DNA of 56,218 nt. It comes from Clostridia bacterium (GTDB lineage: Bacteria; Bacillota; Clostridia; Oscillospirales; CAG-272). Every line of letters starts with the position of its first letter. The first letter of the stretch is position 1. The notes beneath the pieces are model-generated. The model did not search any database, was not told the DNA's origin, and saw nothing but the letters and a program-made list of their open reading frames with translations. Shown here piece after piece: positions 40,609-50,644 of the stretch. Where the stretch lies: assembly GCA_017547545.1 (NCBI GenBank), contig JAFYPJ010000038.1:1-56218 (forward strand), given 5' to 3'. The translations under genes and the position numbers were made by a program.

Positions 40609-41332
40609 TCTTACGCAACCTCCTCTCCAGCAAACGAACAAGATATGTAAATACCATAACAATAATAAGATATACGAGAGCTACCGCTATAAGGGGCATA
40701 AATGCAGAAAAGGTTCTGCCGCGGATAAGGTCACCCGCTTTGGTAAGATCCTGAATACCAACATAACCTGCGATAGATGTTTCCTTTAACAAAACGATAA
40801 ATTCGTTACAAAGTGTGGGAAGAACCGTTTTAAACATCTGAGGTGAAACTATATATATCATTGTTTGAATATAATTAAATCCAAGGCTTCTTCCTGCTTC
40901 AAACTGACCGTTATCAACAGCCATAATACCGCCTCTGAAGATTTCGGCAACATAGGCACCCGAATTTATACCAAAAGCTATTATTGCAACAAGGGTTCCG
41001 TTTGTAGAGGATGCCATGATAACAAAATACATAATGAGAAGCTGAACAACAACAGGTGTTCCTCTCACCACCGTAAGATATACGGTACAAATAAAATTTA
41101 CGATCTTTAAAAAATAATATCCGATTCCCTTACGCTTCTTCATAGTATCTATGTTCTTATCATGCGTTGATCTGATGATAGCTACTACTATTCCTATAAA
41201 AGCACCTATAATAGTTGCAAAAAATGTTATAATAATTGTGGTTATAAGACCTTCTAAAAGCCATTGCCACCTATCGTCATTTATAAAATTAAGCGTAAAT
41301 TCAGCCGCAAAATCCTTAAACCATGCTCCCAT
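40598..41332 (-). CDS. Amino-acid ABC transporter permease (HisMQ/GlnP family)
   Basis: EAA-type loop [23 protein letters not shown]. Start placed at ATG 41332 (MGAWFKD...) behind taggag. Confidence 0.9.
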   Translation of the reverse strand: MGAWFKDFAAEFTLNFINDDRWQWLLEGLITTIIITFFATIIGAFIGIVVAIIRSTHDKNIDTMKKRKGIGYYFLKIVNFICTVYLTVVRGTPVVVQLLIMYFVIMASSTNGTLVAIIAFGINSGAYVAEIFRGGIMAVDNGQFEAGRSLGFNYIQTMIYIVSPQMFKTVLPTLCNEFIVLLKETSIAGYVGIQDLTKAGDLIRGRTFSAFMPLIAVALVYLIIVMVFTYLVRLLERRLRKSEH

Positions 41333-41484
41333 TGATTTTCTCCTAAAATAAACAGTTCCCGCCTGTATATCTACGGGCGAGTTACTATGGTTACTAAAAG
41401 AGCGGCATCGGACACACCGACTTCCGCCCGCCATTTATACAATTCTGTAATATCACATAAAACGGTGTAATTTTCCGTACATTT

Positions 41485-41527
41485 AAAATTTAATCGGGCG
41501 ACGGAAAACGCCGCCCGATTAAATTTT
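41485..41527 (-). terminator. Intercistronic terminator/attenuator hairpin after the SBP gene
   Basis: 16-nt arms aaaatttaatcgggcg and cgcccgattaaatttt with an 11-nt loop. Confidence 0.65.
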
Positions 41528-41538
41528 ATGTATTATAA

Positions 41539-42336
41539 TTACTTGATATACTTATCAATGATCTCCTGAACCTTGCCTTCTTCTGTAAGCTCAGCAAGTG
41601 CATTGTTGATCTTTTCAAGAAGCTCATCGTTTTCCTTGGATACACAAATTGCATACTGTTCGTCTGTGTAAGAACCTTCAAGGATCTTAAGACCTTCATT
41701 AGCAGCAACATAAGATTTAGCAGGCTCATTATCAATGATAACTGCAGTTACCTTGCCGGAAAGAAGTGCCTGAACTGCGTCATTACCTGTTTTGTAACGA
41801 ACAACATTGTCTGAACCAAAGCCCCATTCTGCGGGATCGGAAGAAGCGTAGATATCGCCTGTGGTATCCTGCTGAACACCTATCATAACACCTTCGATAA
41901 CATCTTCAGGGTTGCCTTCAGCATCATAACCGGTGTAGAAATCTTCGTAAGAAGTATATTCGCTGTCTTCAAGAACGATTACAGACTGAATACCTGTTGC
42001 ATAAGAGGTTGTAAAGTTAACACTTTCCTTACGCTCTTCAGTTACGGTAAGACCTGCCATACCCATGTCAAACTTGCCGGACTGAACACCACCGATAATT
42101 GAACCGAATTCAACATCCTGGATTTCAAGCTCCATGCCAAGCTTTTGTGCAATAAGACCTGCGATTTCCACATCAATACCTGCATATTCACCGTTCTCTA
42201 CATATTCGTAGGGAGGGAAGGAAGCATTGGTAGCCATAACTAATTTGTTGTCATCCTTCTTGCCGCATGCTGCGAAAATGCCGAGACAAAGTATCAAAGC
42301 AAGTGCAAGAGCCAAAATTTTAGCAAACTTTTTCAT
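41539..42336 (-). CDS. Amino-acid ABC transporter substrate-binding lipoprotein (SBP family 3)
   Basis: Lipobox LGIFAAC. NASFPPYEY, GFDIEL-like (GIDVEIAGLIAQKLG), and DMGMAGLTVTEER. Start at ATG 42336 behind ggagg. Confidence 0.9.
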   Translation of the reverse strand: MKKFAKILALALALILCLGIFAACGKKDDNKLVMATNASFPPYEYVENGEYAGIDVEIAGLIAQKLGMELEIQDVEFGSIIGGVQSGKFDMGMAGLTVTEERKESVNFTTSYATGIQSVIVLEDSEYTSYEDFYTGYDAEGNPEDVIEGVMIGVQQDTTGDIYASSDPAEWGFGSDNVVRYKTGNDAVQALLSGKVTAVIIDNEPAKSYVAANEGLKILEGSYTDEQYAICVSKENDELLEKINNALAELTEEGKVQEIIDKYIK

Positions 42337-42431
42337 TTTAAATTCCTCCAAAATAAAATTTGTATCCCTATTATAGTATATTTAATACCCAAAGTCAATA
42401 GATATTTAATTTTTCATGTATATTTATAAGC

Positions 42432-43424
42432 CTATTGCTCTATCAAAGTACTTCCGCCAACAAATTCACGAACCAATGAAGTTTTGGGAACAACCTCGCG
42501 GTCAATAAGCTTGAACTTATTGATAAGCATCAATAATTCCTGCACCGTTTCGTATCCGCTTGAGCCCTCGGTCATACCGAAAAGAAGCTCATTCAAATAT
42601 ATCTTATAAACACAATGCTCATACAAAAGAGATGAGTTGAAAATTATATTTGCATTTTCGGTATAGGGAAAGATATGCTTTGCGGCACCCTGCTCCACCG
42701 ATTGCCAACGGGCAAGAGTATCCTTTGCCGTTGTACCTCTGAAAAAATGATCACGAATAAGACGGCGGATAAGACGGGTAGTTCTTGAATTTATTTTTGT
42801 CATATCGTCATTTTTCAGGGCAGTTAAGGCACTACAATATATCTTGAACTTATTGTCATCCGGAATATTTGATACAAGCTTCGGGTTTAAGCCGTGAATT
42901 CCCTCAACTATAATAACCTCATTGTCCCCAAGACTTATCTCGCGTCCTACATCAAGCCTTGATGAGCTTTTAAAATCAAAAATCGGAAGCCTGGCTCTGC
43001 CTTTTTCAATAAGAGCTTCAACATTTTCATTAAAAAGACGGTAATCTATAGCTTCTATGGTTTCAAGATCGTATTCACCGTTTTCATCCAGGGGAATCTC
43101 ATTTCTTGATAAGTAATAGTCATCCAAAGAGATAGCAACCGAATTTACACCAAGCACCTTCAGGTGAAGGCTCAAACGGTTTGCAAAAGAGGTCTTGCCC
43201 GAAGAAGAGGGACCTGATATTAAAATTATCCTTCTTTTTTCAATATTGTCCTTAATATCCTTTGCCATTTCGGATATCTTTTGCTCCTGCCATATCTCAC
43301 TTACATTGATAAGCCAGTTCACACTTCCCTGTGAAATAATTCTGTTCAGATCGGATACCGTAACAATACCAAGCTTTGCACACCAATTACGATATTCGTT
43401 AATTGTAAGCTCTATTCTTGACAT
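42432..43424 (-). CDS. Uridine kinase/phosphoribulokinase-family nucleoside kinase
   Basis: P-loop ILISGPSSSGKTSFANRL, SLDDYY, VIIVEGIHGLNP. Confidence 0.75.
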   Translation of the reverse strand: MSRIELTINEYRNWCAKLGIVTVSDLNRIISQGSVNWLINVSEIWQEQKISEMAKDIKDNIEKRRIILISGPSSSGKTSFANRLSLHLKVLGVNSVAISLDDYYLSRNEIPLDENGEYDLETIEAIDYRLFNENVEALIEKGRARLPIFDFKSSSRLDVGREISLGDNEVIIVEGIHGLNPKLVSNIPDDNKFKIYCSALTALKNDDMTKINSRTTRLIRRLIRDHFFRGTTAKDTLARWQSVEQGAAKHIFPYTENANIIFNSSLLYEHCVYKIYLNELLFGMTEGSSGYETVQELLMLINKFKLIDREVVPKTSLVREFVGGSTLIEQ

Positions 43425-43649
43425 ATTCTATCCTCCGTTTAGTGTATTCTTTATCATTATATCACTTTTTTATATAAAAAGAAACAGTTTTCAAAACAAA
43501 AATTTGGAATTCATATAATTTGAATCAACAGCCATAATAATATCAGAATCAGATTCAAAGAGATTGAAAAGCAACTGCTTTGCAAGCTTTTAATATGATT
43601 CTTTAAAATAGATATAATGCTTCTTTTGGAGCAGAAAAGGAGAATTAAA

Positions 43650-43856
43650 ATGGCTAACAGTTCTAACAACAAAGTTATGGTTCCCGAAGCAAAGGCTGCC
43701 CTTGAGCAGTTTAAGATGGAATCCGCAAATGAGGTAGGCGTAACTCTTAATAAGGGCTACAACGGTGACCTCACTTCCCGTCAGGCCGGCTCTATCGGCG
43801 GCCAGATGGTTAAGAAGATGATCGAAAAGTACGAAAGAGACCTCGCAGGTAAGTAA
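43650..43856 (+). CDS. Alpha/beta-type small acid-soluble spore protein
   Basis: MANSSNNKVMVPEAKAALEQFKMESANEVGV...TSRQAGSIGGQMVKKMI. Start at the internal ATG behind aaaaggag. Confidence 0.9.
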   Translation: MANSSNNKVMVPEAKAALEQFKMESANEVGVTLNKGYNGDLTSRQAGSIGGQMVKKMIEKYERDLAGK

Positions 43857-43863
43857 AGCCAAA

Positions 43864-43906
43864 GGGGCTGTCTCAAATGCAAAACATCTGCATTTGAGAC
43901 AGCCCC
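43864..43906 (+). terminator. Very stable 18-bp-stem hairpin after the SASP gene
   Basis: ggggctgtctcaaatgca-aaacatc-tgcatttgagacagcccc. There is no clear T tail. Confidence 0.6.
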
Positions 43907-44067
43907 TGCTATATTGAATTCACACAGATTTAATTATCAATTCATAGGTTATTTTGATATTATTACATAATAAGTGCTATAATTTATTTATCTTTGTGTT
44001 AAAAATGACAATTCGCAAACAAACATTTTTGTTTAAACAGTTATATAAAGTATAGCGGAGCATTTAT

Positions 44068-46590
44068 ATGTTTAAAAAATCACTTTCTGTAATACTGATT
44101 TGTATTACCTTAATATCAACCCTTGGTTTTTCCTCATCGGCTGTTATTACAACACATGATATAACCGAGGCAATGACCGTACTGAAAAACACCGTATATC
44201 CCCAGAATAATTACTGGTGTGGCGGAGATCCCGATTCCTCTATTCCCTACAGCGGTTGCGGTAAGGCGGGAAGTTGTTTTTGCAATAATTTTTTCAATGC
44301 TTTTCAGTGCCACGGTTTTGCCCTTTGTACCGCACAAAAAACGGTTGGCTCTTTCCCTGCGGTAAGACTTTATAACTACAGTCACGGTGCAGTAAGCGGT
44401 TCCTGGACCTGTTATACAAAATCCGCCTTGGGCACCTCTGCTCTTTGTGCCTTGGAGCTTCAACCCGGTGATATAGTGCGTGCCGCAAACGATTCTGCTT
44501 ATCAGGACGGACATACTGCCATAGTATGGAAGGTTGAGGACGGAAAGGTTTATTTTGCAGAAGCCTGGGGTTCGGTTTACAACAAAATAAATTGGGGCGG
44601 ATTCAATTATTCCTCCTATTCGATGAGTGCAATTTGCTCAAAATATCCCTATGTTGCCCTCTGGCGCAATACCGATGTAATAAATCAATCGAACTGCGAC
44701 CATGAAATGACCGAAAATTTTGACGCAAAGCATCCACACAGACAGTATAATGAATGCAGTTTTTGCCTCAAAAAAGAATACACCGGAAAATATCAGAATA
44801 TTGATGATTGCCCCTGTTGTAACGATAAGCATGAATATACCTTTGGCTATGAGAGCTCTCATCCCCACTACGAAACAAAAGCCTGCTCCCTTTGTGATTC
44901 TTTAATATATACCGGTGAAAGCAAAAAGGACTATTCCTGCCCTGAATGTCTGGGATTACCCTATAATCTCACTCTGTCTTTTTCCAAGGAAACTGCCACC
45001 GCAGGCGAAGAAATAACCGTGAATTTCAGTGCGGAAAATGCGGTAAGCTATACTCTGAGCATAAAGTATGACGATACAAAATTTTCCGATACTGTTACCA
45101 CCGATAAAAACGAATACAGCTTTGAGCTTGGGGATACAGGAAATTATACCGTAACCTTGCACGCCTTCTCTGCCGAAGGAAAAACAAATACACTTACAAG
45201 TGACATATTTTTTGTAAATGCACCCATTACTTCGGTTGAAATCAAGGAAGATACATACTATCTTACCTACGGTCTTTCTCTTTCAGAGGAAAAGGCAGCA
45301 CAATTCACTCAAAAAAGAGGACTTGAGCTGTATGAATATAAAGACGATTCCTTTATCGCAAGCTTCACTCTTACACAAAAATACACAGAGCTTATGGGAA
45401 AGGATGCTTATACATATTTCCCCGTTGCTCTATCTTACCACGAAATTCTCGATTTCTGCCGCTTTACCGATCTCAGAATGGCAAATTGCGAAAGTGCCGA
45501 AGAAAACCAACTTCTTGTTTCGCTGTGCACAAAAGCAAGCTCACCCGGAATATTACTGAATGCAAACGATATTGAAGAAGAAGGCAGCTGGGTAAATGAA
45601 AAAGGAGAAGCTCTTACATATTTCAATTGGCATGAAACCTATGCGGAAATGCATGACCTTTACCGTAATTATATTTTTATGTACCCTTCGGGAAACTGGA
45701 CTACCTCTCAGGCGTTGCCTACCTTCGGTCACGGCTTTGTTTGTATCGGCGCTCCTCAATTTTCCTATAACGAAAACGAGGACGGAACCCTTACCCTTAC
45801 AGCCCTGCCTGTAAAAAGCGGTGATTTTATTGAGATACCCAAAGAAATAAACGGAAAAACCGTTACGGGAATAGGCAATCTTTTCTTTGCGCACGCAAAA
45901 TTCAAAAAGATCATTCTCCCCGATTCCATAACATATATTTCCGATTCAGCATTTCAATACACAGAGGTTGAGCTCTTTTCAATACCGAGAAATTGGCCTC
46001 TTGAATATATTTTCAAGGATGACGGTTTAAATTATGAATATACCGTACCCTTTGAGGATATAAGCACCGATCAATGGTATTACGAAAGCTTGTCATATTG
46101 CTATATCTACGGCTATGTTACCGGAACATCAGCTTCAACCTTCTCTCCCGAAATGACCTGTACCAGAGAAATGTTCATAACCGTTCTTTCAAGAGTTATG
46201 AAGGCTGATATCACTGATTACAGCGAGGCATCTTCCTTTACCGATGTTGTACCTGGAGAATGGTACAGCGCGCCGATAGAATGGGCATTTGCCAACAATA
46301 TAACAAATGGAATCGGTGACGGAAATTTCGGTTTGGGACAGTCTGTAACAAGAGAGCAAATTGCAGTATTTCTTTCCAACCTTCACGACAAATCAGAACA
46401 AATTGCCGATCTTGAAAAATATACGGATGCAAGCTCTATTTCATCCTGGGCGATAGAGGGAATGAGCTGGGCAATAAACGAAAAGGTTCTTAAAGGTACT
46501 TCCGAAACCACCCTTGAGCCCAAGCGCGTTGCCATGCGAACCGAGCTCTGCCAGATGATATTTAATTACTGCGAAATATTTGAAACCTGA
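44068..46590 (+). CDS. Mosaic SLH-anchored surface protein: Cys/His (NlpC/CHAP-like?) module, Cys/His repeats, Ig-like region, C-type-lectin-like domain, BspA-type LRR and three SLH domains
   Basis: Signal peptide. QCHGFALC...DGHTAIVWKV. Two CxH...HPH...CxxC...YTG repeats. CTLD-like ...ANCESAEENQLLVSL...NANDIEEEGSWVNEKGEALTYFNW...GFVCI. LRR_5-like IEIPKEINGKTVTGIGNLFF...ILPDSITYISDSAF. SLH repeats FEDISTDQWYY..., FTDVVPGEWYS..., YTDASSISSWA.... Confidence 0.85.
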   Translation: MFKKSLSVILICITLISTLGFSSSAVITTHDITEAMTVLKNTVYPQNNYWCGGDPDSSIPYSGCGKAGSCFCNNFFNAFQCHGFALCTAQKTVGSFPAVRLYNYSHGAVSGSWTCYTKSALGTSALCALELQPGDIVRAANDSAYQDGHTAIVWKVEDGKVYFAEAWGSVYNKINWGGFNYSSYSMSAICSKYPYVALWRNTDVINQSNCDHEMTENFDAKHPHRQYNECSFCLKKEYTGKYQNIDDCPCCNDKHEYTFGYESSHPHYETKACSLCDSLIYTGESKKDYSCPECLGLPYNLTLSFSKETATAGEEITVNFSAENAVSYTLSIKYDDTKFSDTVTTDKNEYSFELGDTGNYTVTLHAFSAEGKTNTLTSDIFFVNAPITSVEIKEDTYYLTYGLSLSEEKAAQFTQKRGLELYEYKDDSFIASFTLTQKYTELMGKDAYTYFPVALSYHEILDFCRFTDLRMANCESAEENQLLVSLCTKASSPGILLNANDIEEEGSWVNEKGEALTYFNWHETYAEMHDLYRNYIFMYPSGNWTTSQALPTFGHGFVCIGAPQFSYNENEDGTLTLTALPVKSGDFIEIPKEINGKTVTGIGNLFFAHAKFKKIILPDSITYISDSAFQYTEVELFSIPRNWPLEYIFKDDGLNYEYTVPFEDISTDQWYYESLSYCYIYGYVTGTSASTFSPEMTCTREMFITVLSRVMKADITDYSEASSFTDVVPGEWYSAPIEWAFANNITNGIGDGNFGLGQSVTREQIAVFLSNLHDKSEQIADLEKYTDASSISSWAIEGMSWAINEKVLKGTSETTLEPKRVAMRTELCQMIFNYCEIFET

Positions 46591-46609
46591 AGCTATAGCT
46601 TCAGGTTTC
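46582..46609. terminator. Bidirectional terminator overlapping both convergent stop codons
   Basis: gaaacctgaagc-tata-gcttcaggtttc followed by ttttatt. Confidence 0.75.
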
Positions 46610-47704
46610 TTTTATTACTTCTGCCAAAGCTTCTCCAAGATAAACTGCCGCAAGCTTTGCTTCGCTCAAGGTATTACCGCAGCTTCCTATTTCAAAAAGC
46701 AAAGAACCGGGAGCATATTGCTGGTTAAAGCTTGCTGCCCTCAGATTAACCGGACGGGCAAGGCACGGGTAGCTTGAAGTAAGATTTTTTTGAAGCTTTA
46801 ATGCAACATTCAGATTATCCGTCCACAAGGGGTGGTCTGCTCCGCCGCTGTTTGTACCAACAAGTATCATTATCTGTGCTACCGTATGGGAATCAACAGT
46901 ACATTCGGTTTTTATAAGTTCACCGTTATCGCGTATTATGGCATCCCTGTGAATATCGAACACATATTTTATTGAAGGATACTTATTAAGATAATATTTA
47001 ACACTTTCAAGCGAATTGTTATAGGAGGAATTATAATCCTTTGCATCATGAAGAATATCGCAATGGATCGTTGATACTCCCCGCGAATTAAGAGTATCAC
47101 ATAAAACCTTACCCACCGAAACAATATTTTCCTCTTTATTTTCGGTTCGAAACGAGGTTTCATTATCATATGAATCGGCACCTTGAATGCTGTAGCACTC
47201 GGTAGCATGAGTATGTATTATAAGAACCAAAGGCTTTTGCATGGTTGCAAGTGCCGTTACCGCTTCCCCGTCAAGCGATTTCGGGAACGGGGCAGAAACC
47301 AATGCCTCGGCATCAACCTCGACCCCGCTGTCCGTATCATTTATCAGTATTTCTCCCTTTTGCGCGCCTCCGCTCATATCAAGAGAAAGAATTGGATAGG
47401 CTCCCTTTTTAACAGGCCGGCTCTCGGTTTCGCTTTCATTCTTTTCTTCCTCTACAAGATATACCTCATCATTATAAAGGCTCTTGTTATCAACTACATA
47501 ATTCTTTTCCTTTGCCGCAATAAGCTGAAAACCTGCCGACTCTCCCAGAGTAATACTCCTTAAATTTGATGCAGTAAAAAAATTTCCCGCCTTATATAAA
47601 CCGCAAAGGCATATCGCAGCTGCGGAAAAAACACATATACCTACACGATAAACCTTTACAAAATCATCCTTTTTTCTCAAAAATCTTGCAAATCCCGTAT
47701 TCAT
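46601..47704 (-). CDS. spoIIP: Stage II sporulation protein P
   Basis: N-terminal TM helix. LVLIIHTHATECY, VFDIHRDA, LFEIGSCGN. Adjacent to gpr. Confidence 0.85.
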   Translation of the reverse strand: MNTGFARFLRKKDDFVKVYRVGICVFSAAAICLCGLYKAGNFFTASNLRSITLGESAGFQLIAAKEKNYVVDNKSLYNDEVYLVEEEKNESETESRPVKKGAYPILSLDMSGGAQKGEILINDTDSGVEVDAEALVSAPFPKSLDGEAVTALATMQKPLVLIIHTHATECYSIQGADSYDNETSFRTENKEENIVSVGKVLCDTLNSRGVSTIHCDILHDAKDYNSSYNNSLESVKYYLNKYPSIKYVFDIHRDAIIRDNGELIKTECTVDSHTVAQIMILVGTNSGGADHPLWTDNLNVALKLQKNLTSSYPCLARPVNLRAASFNQQYAPGSLLFEIGSCGNTLSEAKLAAVYLGEALAEVIKET

Positions 47705-47769
47705 GGCGCACTCCCCCTATTCATGATAAATATATTCGGAAGAAGCATAAAATATTCCTGATTTTAAAT

Positions 47770-48642
47770 TTATATTCTAAAAGCAAGATTTATCGCATCC
47801 GCAAGAAGCCTTGCGCTTTCATTCACCGCAATATCACTTTCCTTCAAGGAAACAAAAAAACTCCTTGAGTTTTCAAGTACACCCTCAAGCATTCCGGCAC
47901 ACTCTCCCATATCTGCCCGTTCAAGGGCATCATAAACAAGGGTTGCGGAATCCACCACTGTAGGTACTCCCACGGCAATAACGGGAACACCCAAAGACAT
48001 AGAATCTATTTTTACCCTTTTGTTGCCTATACCCGAACCGGGTGCAATACCCGTATCCGAAATCTGAACGGTAGCAGCAAGTCTGTCAACACTCCTTGCG
48101 GCAAGGGCATCTATAACTATTACAAGATCGGGCTTTACCTTTTTCACAGCACCCTCAACAAGCTCAAAGGTTTCTATGCCCGTTTGCCCTACCACTCCGG
48201 GACAAAGAGCCGCCATTTCTTTTTGACCTATACTTTCAAAAAGTTCAGGCTTATACTGTTTCACATGACGGGTAACCAAAAGACCGTCTACGGTTTTGGG
48301 GCCAAGCGCATCAGCGGTTATCTCTCTGTTGCCCAATCCTATTGTCAGTACCGATTCTGCCTTTGGCATAAATGAAGCGATATCCTTAGCAAGAGCCTGA
48401 ACCGCGTTTTCCTTTTCGTTTTCACTCATCAGCCACACCCGCCCTGTATGGGCTGTTATATACCTGCCTATATCCTTTCCTAAAACCCTTGCTCCTTCTT
48501 CATTTTTTATCTCCATGTACTGGAACTCAAAGCCGTTTACATTTTCCTCACGGTAATCTATTCCGGAATGTTCTCCCAAACCCTTTGTTTCACGCATTTC
48601 GGATGCAAGATCGGTGCGTATATACCCTTTATTTTCCACCAA
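47770..48642 (-). CDS. gpr: Germination protease (GPR endopeptidase)
   Basis: IRTDLASEM, TIGLGNREITADALGP, VIVIDALAARS, GVPVIAVGVPTVV. The start (TTG 48642 or GTG 48639) is uncertain. Confidence 0.85.
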   Translation of the reverse strand: MVENKGYIRTDLASEMRETKGLGEHSGIDYREENVNGFEFQYMEIKNEEGARVLGKDIGRYITAHTGRVWLMSENEKENAVQALAKDIASFMPKAESVLTIGLGNREITADALGPKTVDGLLVTRHVKQYKPELFESIGQKEMAALCPGVVGQTGIETFELVEGAVKKVKPDLVIVIDALAARSVDRLAATVQISDTGIAPGSGIGNKRVKIDSMSLGVPVIAVGVPTVVDSATLVYDALERADMGECAGMLEGVLENSRSFFVSLKESDIAVNESARLLADAINLAFRI

Positions 48643-48795
48643 TTTTGTATTTACCTGCCTTTCCTTGTCAATTTATTGAAAAATAATATTAAAAAATTAA
48701 AAATTATACGATTTTCTTCTTGAAAAATCCAAAGCAATGCTTTATAATAGATTATGTGACTATATAAACGGAAAATATTCAGGAGGAAATACCAA

Positions 48796-50520
48796 ATGAA
48801 AAAGATATTAGCATTAACTTTATGTCTTGTAATGCTCGTTCCCGTATTTGCGGCATGCGGCAAAATCAAGCCAACAGATGATGACAAGGGCGCGGAAATT
48901 CCTGTTTACCTTACCGATCCCGTGTTTAATCTTGACCCTGCATTCGCGTATCTTGACGACGGTGCAGTTGAGATCCTTCAGATGATCTTTGAAGGCCTTT
49001 ATACCCTTGATGAAAAGGGCAAGCCCGTTGAAGCTATGTGTAACGGTTACAAGACCTTTACAGACAGAGAAGGCAATTTCGTTTGCGAATTTTCTCTTAA
49101 CGAAACAAAATGGAGCGATGGACGCTCTGTTACCGCTTCCGATTTTGTTTATGCATGGAAGAGAATTCTTGAGCCCGGATTCACAAGTCCCGCCGCTTCT
49201 CTCCTTTTTGATGTCAAAAATGCCCGTGCCTGCAAAAACGGTGATGTTACAATTGATGACCTTGGAGTAGTTGCAATTGCAACAAGAGTTCTTCAGGTTA
49301 CCTTTGAAAGAAAGATAGATATTGAGCAATTTATTGAGATCACCGCAAGCCCCGCACTTGTTCCCCTTTATGAAGATAAGGTTAACCGTCAGGATAACTG
49401 GGCAAGCAGCTATATAACCATGGCTACCAACGGTGCATTCTTTGTTAAGCTCTTTACACCCGGCAGCGACAATCTTACTCTTGAGCGTAATATCCATTAT
49501 TACAGAGATGCTGAAGAAGCAAGATTCCTTGACACAAAGGTTAAGCCCTACAGAATAGTTATTCATTTCAACACACCTACCGAAGCGCTTGCAGAATACA
49601 ACAAGGGTGAATTAGTCCTCAACAGCAACCTTGCACTTCCCGCAAGAACTACCGCTTCCGGTGTTGAAACTCTTGAAACACTTTCAACACATACATATGT
49701 TTTCAATACCAATAAGGCTCCCTTTGACGATGCAAATGTTAGAAAGGCTCTTTCAATGGCAATAGACAGAGAAGAGCTTGCAAAAACAATCGTTTATGCC
49801 GAGCCCTCTGAAGGTATTATCCCCACCGGTGTATTTGACACATCAAGAAAGAACTCCTTCCGCGAAAACGGAGGAAAGCTTATTTCCACAAAGGCAGATC
49901 TTACAGAAGCAAAGAAGCTTGCAAGCAAGGCTGAAGTTAAAGAGTTTACCCTTACACTTCGCGAAGGCGACACAATAGCAGCTGAGGTTGCCGATTACGC
50001 TGTAAAGCAGTGGGAACAGCTTGGCTTTGAGGTTGAAATAGTTACCAAGGGCTATACCCGTGCAGACCAGAACGAATACGAGCAGTATAACGATGATTAT
50101 ACCGATGCATATCTTGCCGGCGATTTTGATGTTATAGCAACAGACAGCACCATGCTTTCCACATATGCCTTTGCAGATCTTGCATGCTTTGCAAAGCCCT
50201 TCTCCGGCGGTGCTATAGACCTTGCATCCGGCAACTTCGATCCCGTTTCTCATGTTTCCGGCTACAATAACGAAAAATATGACGAGCTTATCGAAAAGGC
50301 TTTTGAAGAAACCGATGCATCCAAGCGTTCAGCACTTCTCCATCAGGCAGAAGAAATGCTTGTTGAAGATATGCCCGTAATGCCTCTCTTCACCTACGAT
50401 AATGTTTATGTAATGTCTAAAGATCTTAAAAAATTCAAGACCACCTACTATGGCGGTATGACTTTTGTTAAGTCTACCTTGAAGGGTTACGAGGATTATA
50501 AGGCCGTAACCGAAGGCTGA
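48796..50520 (+). CDS. Orphan family-5 (OppA/DppA-like) peptide-binding lipoprotein
   Basis: Lipobox PVFAAC. SBP_bac_5-like blocks (WSDGRSVTASDFVYAWKR, FNTNKAPFDDANVRKALSMAIDRE). No opp permease or ATPase genes are nearby. Confidence 0.8.
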   Translation: MKKILALTLCLVMLVPVFAACGKIKPTDDDKGAEIPVYLTDPVFNLDPAFAYLDDGAVEILQMIFEGLYTLDEKGKPVEAMCNGYKTFTDREGNFVCEFSLNETKWSDGRSVTASDFVYAWKRILEPGFTSPAASLLFDVKNARACKNGDVTIDDLGVVAIATRVLQVTFERKIDIEQFIEITASPALVPLYEDKVNRQDNWASSYITMATNGAFFVKLFTPGSDNLTLERNIHYYRDAEEARFLDTKVKPYRIVIHFNTPTEALAEYNKGELVLNSNLALPARTTASGVETLETLSTHTYVFNTNKAPFDDANVRKALSMAIDREELAKTIVYAEPSEGIIPTGVFDTSRKNSFRENGGKLISTKADLTEAKKLASKAEVKEFTLTLREGDTIAAEVADYAVKQWEQLGFEVEIVTKGYTRADQNEYEQYNDDYTDAYLAGDFDVIATDSTMLSTYAFADLACFAKPFSGGAIDLASGNFDPVSHVSGYNNEKYDELIEKAFEETDASKRSALLHQAEEMLVEDMPVMPLFTYDNVYVMSKDLKKFKTTYYGGMTFVKSTLKGYEDYKAVTEG

Positions 50521-50592
50521 TAACAAACCCCGCCCCTGGAATTTCTGCGGCACATCGCACGAAATGGAGCAAATTTCTATATGTTAAAAATC

Positions 50593-50627
50593 AGGGTTGC
50601 CGGTTTTTACGGCAACCCTTGTTTATT
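50593..50627 (+). terminator. Rho-independent terminator
   Basis: agggttgccg-gttttta-cggcaaccct followed by tgtttatt. Confidence 0.75.
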
Positions 50628-50644
50628 ATGAAAGGAAAATTTAA

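Noticed and set aside
43425-43649. Attempt to assign a sigma-G/sigma-F forespore promoter to the SASP gene
   Set aside because: I could not find a GnATR-17/18-CATnnTA arrangement at sensible spacing, only a sigma-A-like TATAAT at 43613-43618. It is left unassigned rather than guessed.
48820-49566. 248-aa ORF antisense to the OppA-like gene
   Set aside because: It is a shadow ORF with no RBS and an implausible composition.
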